Shown here one piece after another: positions 17,709 through 25,611 of a stretch of DNA of 64,000 nucleotides (the stretch's first letter is position 1; every line of letters starts with the position of its first letter). Source of the DNA: Patescibacteria group bacterium (GTDB taxonomy: Bacteria > Patescibacteriota > Patescibacteriia > UBA2196); contig DAIUDD010000001.1 in the NCBI GenBank assembly GCA_036845805.1, positions 103,594 to 167,593 of the forward strand. Reading direction: 5' to 3'. The position numbers and the translations under genes were made by a program. Below the pieces are notes generated by a model. The model was given only the letters and a program-made list of their open reading frames with translations, did not search any database and was not told the origin of the DNA.

Positions 17709-18663
17709 TTGTCTTATTTGTGGTAATCAAAAAAACAATAAATCATTTCTTGTGTCAGAAATGATGTTTGGTTTAGGAGAAAAATTCGAATATTTTGAAT
17801 GTGAAAAATGTGGTTGTTTGCAAATTAAAGAACCATTATCTGATCTTACCAAATATTACCCTATTAACTATTATTCATTTCACAACATAATTTCTAAGTA
17901 TGATTTTTTTATTTCTTTTTTAAGGCGTCAGATGGCCAATTATTATATTTTTAAAAAAAACAATATTTTCGGCATGTTTTTAGTTTATTTTTTTAGTTTG
18001 CCAGATTTTTTTCACTGGCTTAAAAAAATAAATTTAAATTCAAAAGCAAAAATATTAGATGTTGGCTGTGGTCAAGGACATTTATTAATTGGTTTAAGAA
18101 GAGCCGGCTATCAAAATCTTATTGGTATTGATGCCTATCTTGATCATGATTTATTTTATAAAAATAATGTAAAAATATACAAAAAAGAATTATCACAAAT
18201 ATCAGAAAAATTTGATTTTATTATTTTAAATCATAGTTTTGAACATATGTTAAATCCGCAAGCTGTGATTAAAAAAACATACAGCCTGTTAAATAATGGC
18301 GGGCATCTTTTAATCAGAGTTCCGGTGGCGTCTTCTTATGCTTGGCAACATTATGGAGTTAGTTGGGTGCAATTGGATGCTCCCAGACACATTTTCATTC
18401 CTTCAGTTAAAAGCATGGAAATTTTGTCAAAGACAGCTGGTTTTAATCGCGTTGAAGTCGAATTTGATTCTAACGATTTTCAGTTTTGGGGCAGCGAACA
18501 ATATCAAAAAAGTATTCCTCTACGCAGCCCATTATCTTATGCTGAAAATCCTAAAAAATCTATTTTTACTAAAAAGCAGATTCAAGATTTTAAAAACCAA
18601 GCCCAGAAATTAAATAAAAATAAAAAAGGCGATACAGCCAGTTTTTATTTTTTTAAAAAATAA
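17695..18663 (+). CDS. Class I SAM-dependent methyltransferase with N-terminal Cys4 zinc ribbon
   Basis: CLICGN...CEKCGC zinc ribbon. LDVGCGQGHL motif I. ILNHSFEHM. Confidence 0.7.
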   Translation: MSNINCLICGNQKNNKSFLVSEMMFGLGEKFEYFECEKCGCLQIKEPLSDLTKYYPINYYSFHNIISKYDFFISFLRRQMANYYIFKKNNIFGMFLVYFFSLPDFFHWLKKINLNSKAKILDVGCGQGHLLIGLRRAGYQNLIGIDAYLDHDLFYKNNVKIYKKELSQISEKFDFIILNHSFEHMLNPQAVIKKTYSLLNNGGHLLIRVPVASSYAWQHYGVSWVQLDAPRHIFIPSVKSMEILSKTAGFNRVEVEFDSNDFQFWGSEQYQKSIPLRSPLSYAENPKKSIFTKKQIQDFKNQAQKLNKNKKGDTASFYFFKK

Positions 18664-18665
18664 TT

Positions 18666-20246
18666 TTATTTTTCAATCGCGTATAAATTTATATCTTTAA
18701 ACAAAAAATAATTGTAATATTTTTTTGAATATATAATTTTATAATCTGGTAAGACCGAGAAAGAGATAATCTGCGCGTTAGTATTTTTAGGAAATAGCCA
18801 GCACAAATACCATGGCCTTGTGTTCTCCACAAATTTAGGAAAATTTTTCATTATTTTATATGTGTACCAGCCATTAAGTTCATAACCACCCTCAACGTGA
18901 TGCAAAAATTCCTTTTGAATAAGATTATGATACAGATCGTTTCTTGCCCTGTTCCAATCTAAATAATTGCGTTCCAGGGCAAGAGAAAAAAAAGCAAAGA
19001 TCATTAATAAAATAATAGATAAAGTATATTTGTTATCAATTGTCTCTGGCATTGCCATAATTAAGCACAAAGGCAACAGTAATAAAAAATAACGGTCAAA
19101 ACCAATAAAAATTAAAATAAAAATAAGTTGTAAAACAAAATTTAAAAAAACAAGGTTCAATAAATTATTATCTTTTAATAATTTTTTAATTTTTATTATC
19201 AATATTGTTATTAAAAGTGCGCCGCCCCAAGAAGCTACTAAACTTACGATTAATTTTAATTGCCAGTTAAAAATTAGAGGGGGAGTGCCTTGTAAAACTT
19301 CAATCATCGGGCCCAAACCATAATCATTAATTATGTTTTGGTTATAAGGAAAGCGTTGATTAAAAATAAAAGTTATGGCAACTAAAATTAAAAAAGAGGT
19401 AATAAAAATAATAACATTTTTTTTCTTATAATTTTCCCCTTTAAAAAGCCACAAACAAGTAATTGGTAATGTAAACAGACCCAAATATTGCACACCATAA
19501 AAAAACCACTCCGCCATATGTTTAATTAACCCCCCCTCCAATAAATGTGTTTGTGCCCCACTAATTTTAATATTATTTTGAAAAATTAAATAGCCGCCCC
19601 CACAAATCAGTAGGCTCAGAAATAATTTTAATAAAAAATTTTTAAAACATTCTTTGTCAATTTTTTTATTAAACCACAGCTGTAAATAAAAAATTACCAA
19701 CGCGCCAAAGAATAAAATTCCGTTTTGTCTAATAAAAAAAGAAGCTATTGCCGAAACCAGCCCTAAAATCAACCAGTTCCCATTTTTTTGTTCGATACTT
19801 TTATAAACACCGTAAATTGCCAACAAATAAAAAAATAAAAATGGCACATCAGTCATAAAAGTAAAAGATGTGTTTATAAAAATAGGATTTAATAAAACTG
19901 TTAAAAAAACCAACCAAGGCAAATTTTTATCAGTAGAATTTTTTTGGGTTAAAAAATAAATAATCCATAGTGATAAAAAAGAAAAAATTAAGGTTGTTAA
20001 ACGCAATATAGTAAAAGAAAAACCAGCTATTTTAGCAACTAAAAAGCCATAAAAAACCTGAAAGATTAAGATTGGTCCAGTCCAATAATAAAAATCAATT
20101 TTATGCTGAAAAAGCCATTCGTTTATTGGATGCGCATAAACCCAGTCGTCGTTTAGTGGAAAGTTTCCGATTGGGTTTAACAAAAAAACAATAGCAATAA
20201 AAAATATTGCCAAATAAAATATTATTTTTTTATCTTTTTTTTCCAT
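18666..20246 (-). CDS. Polytopic membrane protein, probable GT-C family glycosyltransferase
   Basis: About 13 TM helices. N-terminal loop NDDWVYAHP. Size and topology resemble ArnT/PMT-like enzymes. Confidence 0.45.
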   Translation of the reverse strand: MEKKDKKIIFYLAIFFIAIVFLLNPIGNFPLNDDWVYAHPINEWLFQHKIDFYYWTGPILIFQVFYGFLVAKIAGFSFTILRLTTLIFSFLSLWIIYFLTQKNSTDKNLPWLVFLTVLLNPIFINTSFTFMTDVPFLFFYLLAIYGVYKSIEQKNGNWLILGLVSAIASFFIRQNGILFFGALVIFYLQLWFNKKIDKECFKNFLLKLFLSLLICGGGYLIFQNNIKISGAQTHLLEGGLIKHMAEWFFYGVQYLGLFTLPITCLWLFKGENYKKKNVIIFITSFLILVAITFIFNQRFPYNQNIINDYGLGPMIEVLQGTPPLIFNWQLKLIVSLVASWGGALLITILIIKIKKLLKDNNLLNLVFLNFVLQLIFILIFIGFDRYFLLLLPLCLIMAMPETIDNKYTLSIILLMIFAFFSLALERNYLDWNRARNDLYHNLIQKEFLHHVEGGYELNGWYTYKIMKNFPKFVENTRPWYLCWLFPKNTNAQIISFSVLPDYKIIYSKKYYNYFLFKDINLYAIEK

Positions 20247-20296
20247 ATTTATATCATATCATTTTGTTGATAATTATACCATTTTTGAGTTTAGTT

Positions 20297-20325
20297 TTGA
20301 CAAAACTTTTATTTTTTGGTAGAAT
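20297..20325 (+). promoter_or_regulatory. Sigma70-type promoter for rnpB
   Basis: TTGACA, 17-bp spacer, TAGAAT. Ends about 6 nt before the predicted P1 stem of RNase P RNA. Confidence 0.5.
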
Positions 20326-20330
20326 ATTAT

Positions 20331-20720
20331 GGTCCAGGTAGATGAGTGATCGCTTCGGCTTAATGTCGGGGAGGAAAGTCCGGACATCTCAATGTTAAGA
20401 CATTGAATAAAGATAATCGCGAAACGCGACCGAGTATAAGAATTACAATAAGAAAAATAGATCACGATCGTTTTATTTTTCTTTTGGTCAAATTCAAAAC
20501 TCCGAGCCAGTGCCACAGAAAATAAACCGCCCTGCATCCTACGTGGTGCAAGGTAAGGGTGAAAACGTGGTGTAAGAGACCACGCACTTCTATGGCGACA
20601 TAGATTTGGGTAAACCTTATCTGGTGCAAGTAGTAAAATCTACGCTTAGATAGATGATCACACTCATTCGCAATAATTAGCGTTTGGGACAGAATCCGGC
20701 TTATGATTCTGCCTGGACAT
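20331..20720 (+). ncRNA. rnpB: RNase P RNA (bacterial type A)
   Basis: GGAGGAAAGTCCGGAC (P4 5' strand), AGGGTGAAA, GGTAAACC, ACAGAATCCGGCTTA (P4 3' strand). P1 pairing GTCCAGGTAGA/TCTGCCTGGAC. Confidence 0.8.
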
Positions 20721-20800
20721 AAAAAATCAAAATTTAAAATTATTAATTCTAAATTTTGCACTGTCATTTTACGTTTTGATTTTTACATTTTAATTTATTT

Positions 20801-22192
20801 ATGAAAAAATCAGATTTAACCTTTTCTGCGATTTTAGTGCCGCTCGACTATCTGATGATTGTTTTAGCAGCTACCTCTGCTTATTTTCTCCGTTACGTTG
20901 ATTGGATACAAAATATCCGCCCCGTAATTTTTAATTTATCTTTTCGTCAATATGTGAATTATGTCTGGCCCATTGCTTTGGGCTGGATTTTTATTTTTAT
21001 GTTAGCCGGTTTATATCAGATGTCACTTCGTCGGAAAATATTTTCTGAAATTAGTAAGGTTTTTTTGGCTTGTTCCACCGGCATGTTAGCGGTAATTGTT
21101 GGCGCTTTCTTTTCCCGTGAATTATTTAATTCGCGGTTTATTTTATTAATTGCTTGGCTTTTATCATTTCTTTATGTCATTATTGCTCGATTAATCATTA
21201 TTTTAATTCAAAGAATTTTATATACTAAAAATATTGGTGTGCACCGCGTGGTTTTGGTCGGGGCGGATAATTCCACCGAAGATATTGCTAAAGAAATTTA
21301 TAGCCGCAAAACATTGGGTTACCAAATTGTTGCTCGCCTTGATAATTATCAGAATGGCAACAGAGATAAATTATTAGAAATTTATCAAACCAAGGGCCTT
21401 GATGAAATTATCCAAGGTGATTCTAATTTAAATCGCCGTGAAAATTTAGCGCTGCTGGATTTTGCTGATGAGCATCATCTTGTTTTTAAATATGCGGCCG
21501 ATTTTTTTGCTGCCCAGAGTCCGCGTTTAGAAATAGACACCATCGCCGGCGTACCGATTATGGAAGTTAAGCGCACCGCCTTAGATGGTTGGGGCCGTGT
21601 TTGGAAACGAATTTTTGATGTTATTTTTTCTTTTTTGCTGCTCATTGTTTTTTCACCAATTTTTATTATTTTAGCCTTGCTTATTAAATTGGATTCTGCC
21701 GGGCCGATTTTTTATGGTTCAGCCCGCATTGGCGCCAAAGGCCAGCCGCTTAAAATTTGGAAATTTCGCTCCATGGTTAAAAATGCCGATAAAATGAAAA
21801 AAAAATTGTTAGCTCAAAACGAAAGGGAAGATGGCCCGCTTTTTAAAATGGAAAATGATCCGCGTGTTACTAGGGTAGGAAAATTTATCCGCGCTTGGAG
21901 TTTGGACGAATTGCCGCAATTTTATAATGTTTTAAAGGGTGATATTAGTTTAGTCGGACCGCGGCCTCATGAACCACACGAAGTTGATCAATACGAAAAG
22001 CATCATAAAAAATTATTAAATATTAAACCCGGCATTACTGGTTTAGCCCAAGTTTCTGGCCGTTCCGATTTGGAATGGGAAGAAGAAGTGCGTCTTGATA
22101 CTTTTTATGTAGAAAATTGGTCGCCCTGGCTAGATTTAACCATTTTACTTAAAACCCCTTTTGTGGTCATAACCCGTAAGGGCGCTAAATAA
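20801..22192 (+). CDS. Polyprenyl-phosphate hexose-1-phosphate transferase (bacterial sugar transferase, WbaP/CpsE family)
   Basis: Five N-terminal TMs. C-terminal KRIFDVIFSFLLLIVFSPIFII...GPIFY...KIWKFRSM...PQFYNVLKGDISLVGPRP is the PF02397 signature. Confidence 0.85.
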   Translation: MKKSDLTFSAILVPLDYLMIVLAATSAYFLRYVDWIQNIRPVIFNLSFRQYVNYVWPIALGWIFIFMLAGLYQMSLRRKIFSEISKVFLACSTGMLAVIVGAFFSRELFNSRFILLIAWLLSFLYVIIARLIIILIQRILYTKNIGVHRVVLVGADNSTEDIAKEIYSRKTLGYQIVARLDNYQNGNRDKLLEIYQTKGLDEIIQGDSNLNRRENLALLDFADEHHLVFKYAADFFAAQSPRLEIDTIAGVPIMEVKRTALDGWGRVWKRIFDVIFSFLLLIVFSPIFIILALLIKLDSAGPIFYGSARIGAKGQPLKIWKFRSMVKNADKMKKKLLAQNEREDGPLFKMENDPRVTRVGKFIRAWSLDELPQFYNVLKGDISLVGPRPHEPHEVDQYEKHHKKLLNIKPGITGLAQVSGRSDLEWEEEVRLDTFYVENWSPWLDLTILLKTPFVVITRKGAK

Positions 22193-22230
22193 TTTTTTAG
22201 TCACTTCATACCTAGGTGGAAAGAGGGATT

Positions 22231-22256
22231 GATCGCCATCATCGGGCGATTTTTTA
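22231..22256 (+). terminator. Rho-independent terminator
   Basis: ATCGCC-ATCATCG-GGCGAT hairpin followed by TTTTTTAT. Confidence 0.5.
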
Positions 22257-22400
22257 TTACCCTTAATTTCTAATTTCTATATTTCATTATTTCTTAATTT
22301 ACTTTTTGCCTTTCCCTTTGTCTCTTGCTAAGATAAACATAGATATCCCCAGGCTTATCTATTATCCTGGTTAATTGGTCAAGAAATTTTAGATATTTTT

Positions 22401-23486
22401 ATGAAAATTGCTTTGATTAATGACATGTTGGTTCAAGAGGGCGGCCAAGAGCGTGTGCTTCGCGCCTTGCAAGAGCTTTATCCCGAAGCCCCGACTTTTG
22501 TTTTGGTTTATGATAAGAAACAAAAAGAAAAATATTACGCCGATAAAAAAATAATACCAACTTTTTTACAAAAATTACCTTATGTTGAAAATAAATATCA
22601 ATGGTATTTACCACTAATGTCAACAGCTATTGAATCACTAGACTTGCGTTCTTTTGATTTGATTATTTCCTCCAGTTCTTCGTTGGCTAAAGGTGTTTTA
22701 GTTAAGCCCGGGGCCATACATCTGTGTTATTGTCATACTCCTACCAGGTATTTATGGTCTGAATGGCATGGCTATGTTGAAGATTTGCCATATAATAATT
22801 TTATTAAAAAAATATTGCCTTTTTATTTATCGCATTTGCGCAATTGGGATTATGCCGCTGCTCAGCGAGTTGATCATTTTATTGCTAATTCTAAAACCGT
22901 ACAAGCTAGAATTAAAAAATATTATCAGAAAGATTCACACATTATTTATCCGCCAGTCGATACAGAAAAATTTTTCATTTCTTCTCGCTTGAGTGATTAT
23001 TATTTAATTGGGGGTCGTTTAGTGGCTTACAAGCGTTATGATCTGGCCATCCAGGCTTTTAATAGACTTGGCTTGCCCTTAAAAATTTTTGGTAATGGCC
23101 CCGAATTTACTCGTCTCAAATCAATAGCCAAAAAAAATATTGAATTTTTGGGTGACATCTCTGAAACAGAAAAAACCCGCTTATTTAGCGAGTGTTTGGC
23201 TTTTATTAACCCCCAGGAAGAAGATTTTGGCATTACCACAATTGAAGCCATGGCTGCTGGCCGGCCAGTCATTGCCTATCATGCCGGCGGCGCTACTGAG
23301 ACTGTTTTAGAACATCAAACTGGACAATTTTTTAATGATCAAACTTGGGAAGATTTGGCTGATACTATTATTCATTTTCAACCAGAAAAATATGATCCAT
23401 ATTTAATTAAAGAACATGCGGAAAAATTTAATAAAAAGAGATTTATGACCGAAGTAAAAAATTTTATTGATAGTCGTCTTAAATAA
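22401..23486 (+). CDS. Glycosyltransferase family 4
   Basis: EDFGITTIEAMAAGRPVIAYHAGGATETV is the EX7E-type GT4 C-terminal motif. Confidence 0.8.
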   Translation: MKIALINDMLVQEGGQERVLRALQELYPEAPTFVLVYDKKQKEKYYADKKIIPTFLQKLPYVENKYQWYLPLMSTAIESLDLRSFDLIISSSSSLAKGVLVKPGAIHLCYCHTPTRYLWSEWHGYVEDLPYNNFIKKILPFYLSHLRNWDYAAAQRVDHFIANSKTVQARIKKYYQKDSHIIYPPVDTEKFFISSRLSDYYLIGGRLVAYKRYDLAIQAFNRLGLPLKIFGNGPEFTRLKSIAKKNIEFLGDISETEKTRLFSECLAFINPQEEDFGITTIEAMAAGRPVIAYHAGGATETVLEHQTGQFFNDQTWEDLADTIIHFQPEKYDPYLIKEHAEKFNKKRFMTEVKNFIDSRLK

Positions 23487-23493
23487 TATAAAA

Positions 23494-23520
23494 CCCCGAG
23501 CTAATAGCCCGGGGTAATTT
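23494..23520. terminator. Hairpin between convergent genes (bidirectional terminator candidate)
   Basis: CCCCG-AGCTAATAGCC-CGGGG stem-loop flanked by A/T runs. Confidence 0.35.
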
Positions 23521-23535
23521 TCACTCCAGATGTTT

Positions 23536-25008
23536 TTATTTTGTCAAAACAAGACGCTTGGTTTGGCTGAAGTTTCCGGCCTCCAAGCGATAGAAATAAA
23601 TACCGCTGGGCAAACCCATCGCATTCCAGATCACCCGGTGCACACCAGGACACTGCTGCTCGTTGACCAACAAGGTCACCAGCTGGCCCATGAGGTCATA
23701 GATTGCCAGCCGTACAAGTCCTTCCCGAGGCAGCGAATATTCGATGGCGGTTTCGGGATTGAATGGGTTAGGGTAGTTCTGCAATAAAGAAAATTCGACT
23801 GGCACAGTCATGGCGTTTTCCACGCCTGTCATGCGCCAATCCCCAGGTGGTGGCGGTGGTTGAAGATTTGAATCAATGGACAGCATCTCAGGATTTTCGC
23901 TAAGCAGCACGCCCTGGCTTATACCTTTTGCCAGATATTGTTGCTGCGGCATAAAAAACAAGACGCAACTTGACGTTGCATATGCCCAGAAGCCCTTACC
24001 AGCTTGTGTACTGCTCATTGGCATTAGCGGGTAGTATGATCTGCTCCCGCCGTCGTATCCAAACAAGTGTAATTTAAAGTTTGGATCGCTTGGCGGTGCC
24101 AACACTGACAAACAATTTGCCAGCGGCTCGTAATAATTCGGAAACGCCACCAATTGCCATTTCTCTTTCTCCAATGAAACCGAGTCGGTTTCATTATCGA
24201 AAAGAACAACGGAATAATCTCTCGGTTCTCCTTTCCAATAAGTTCCCCCGCCATAGCTCGGCAGCCAAAAAACATTATCCACCCGGCTGGCATTTTTATC
24301 CGAATTGGTCGGAATAAAACCCGACGGTCGATAGAGACCGGGTGCGTTGTAATCCAGAAAAAAAATCTTTTCACCCGGCACCTCGATGTCCAGCTGTGAA
24401 ACCGGGAAATCATATTCCAGATATACCGGCGTGCTGGCAATTTCCCAGCCCATATTGTAAAACACGCGAACGCCCTCTTTGATTCTAACTAAGCCAAGAT
24501 CCAAGACGCTTGGTTCGCACCAAGTTGGATCACTGTTTGGTTGGGTTAATGCCAAAATCCGTTGATTTTTTATTTGGAACTTGATCCAGTCGCCATCATG
24601 GAAGTGCTCATTCACATCCATAATGGCATAAAAATGCGATTCGCCCCAAGTTTGCACAATGGGCGGATCAAACGAAATTACGAATTCGTTGACCCATTCT
24701 GCCTTGGACAGTTCAATACCCGATTGATCCAATATCCTCATAGACATCAGATCCGTGGGTGTGGCGTCACTCTCTCCGTTGATCGAAAAATCTATGATCA
24801 GATTATATGAGACACACATATATTGAGTGGTGTCACCGGGAAACTCTGGGATAAACCGGGAAGAAAAAGAAAACATGTACTGGTTTGAAAAGCCAGGTTT
24901 CACAGTTACTTGATTGTTGTAACCGTTAAAAACCAGGACGGGGTTGCCAGCCACGGCCACAAAAGCCATAGTCAGAATTAAACTTACTACCAACAATTGC
25001 TTCTTCAT
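23536..25008 (-). CDS. Secreted protein with C-terminal T9SS (Por secretion) type-A sorting domain; GC-rich, probably foreign
   Basis: Signal peptide MKKQLLVVSLILTMAFVAVAG. C-terminus LLQNYPNPFNPETAIEYSLPREGLVRLAIYDLMGQLV...SGIYFYRLEAGNFSQTKRLVLTK matches the T9SS CTD consensus. ORF GC is about 50% versus about 30% in flanks. Confidence 0.7.
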   Translation of the reverse strand: MKKQLLVVSLILTMAFVAVAGNPVLVFNGYNNQVTVKPGFSNQYMFSFSSRFIPEFPGDTTQYMCVSYNLIIDFSINGESDATPTDLMSMRILDQSGIELSKAEWVNEFVISFDPPIVQTWGESHFYAIMDVNEHFHDGDWIKFQIKNQRILALTQPNSDPTWCEPSVLDLGLVRIKEGVRVFYNMGWEIASTPVYLEYDFPVSQLDIEVPGEKIFFLDYNAPGLYRPSGFIPTNSDKNASRVDNVFWLPSYGGGTYWKGEPRDYSVVLFDNETDSVSLEKEKWQLVAFPNYYEPLANCLSVLAPPSDPNFKLHLFGYDGGSRSYYPLMPMSSTQAGKGFWAYATSSCVLFFMPQQQYLAKGISQGVLLSENPEMLSIDSNLQPPPPPGDWRMTGVENAMTVPVEFSLLQNYPNPFNPETAIEYSLPREGLVRLAIYDLMGQLVTLLVNEQQCPGVHRVIWNAMGLPSGIYFYRLEAGNFSQTKRLVLTK

Positions 25009-25103
25009 TTCTACCTCCTGTGCTTATTCTTTTGTAACGTTAATTAAAAAACCCCATTTTTTGGGATTTTTAATTATAACAATTAATTTATTTTTTGTCA
25101 AGA

Positions 25104-25556
25104 TTATTTATTTTTTATCTTATCAATAAACAAAATTCCGTCTAAATGATCAATTTCGTGTTGTAAAACGCGCGCTAAAATATCCTTCGCGTTTAAAGTA
25201 TGTTTTTGTCCGGCCATATCCCAAAAACTAATTTTAACGCTAGTTGGCCTTTTTACATTAGCAAAAACGCCGGGTACTGATAGACAACCTTCTTCCATTA
25301 TTATTTTGCGCCAAGATTTTTTCTTTATTTCCGGATTAATAAAAGCCACTGGTCCGTCTTCAGTGTTAACCACAATTAATCTTTTTAAAATTCCAACTTG
25401 CGGCGCTGCCAAACCCACGCCGTCTTTTTTTATCATTGTTTCAGCCATGTCTGTGACTGTTTTTTTAAAATTTTTATCATCCAATTCGTTTTTGGTAATT
25501 GGTTGTGATTTTTTTCTTAATTCTGGGTTGGGATTAATTAAAATATTTAACAGCAT
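25104..25556 (-). CDS. def: Peptide deformylase
   Basis: GVGLAAPQVG, EGCLSVPG and QHEIDHLDG, the three PDF motifs. Confidence 0.9.
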   Translation of the reverse strand: MLLNILINPNPELRKKSQPITKNELDDKNFKKTVTDMAETMIKKDGVGLAAPQVGILKRLIVVNTEDGPVAFINPEIKKKSWRKIIMEEGCLSVPGVFANVKRPTSVKISFWDMAGQKHTLNAKDILARVLQHEIDHLDGILFIDKIKNK

Positions 25557-25611
25557 AAATTTTAATAAAAATTATTACCAATTATAATTTAATTATAAAA
25601 AATAGTCAAAC

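Noticed and set aside
20274-20767. Two minus-strand ORFs (87 and 101 aa) from the six-frame track
   Set aside because: They lie entirely inside the RNase P RNA gene, which has all conserved motifs on the + strand. Antisense artefacts.
20721-20800. A/T-rich inverted repeat (AAAAATCAAAA ... TTTTGATTTTT) downstream of rnpB
   Set aside because: Low-complexity A/T sequence. Such matches are expected by chance at this composition. It may contribute to rnpB termination but was not called.
22768-24810. Assorted short internal or antisense ORFs (22768..22992, 23036..23272, 23530..23787, 24024..24440, 24081..24317, 24562..24810)
   Set aside because: Embedded in GT4 or the T9SS-CTD gene in other frames. 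No motifs, and composition follows the host gene.
25009-25103. CCCA-TTTTT-TGGG hairpin between the GC-rich gene and def
   Set aside because: Only a 4-bp stem. Too weak to call a terminator with confidence.
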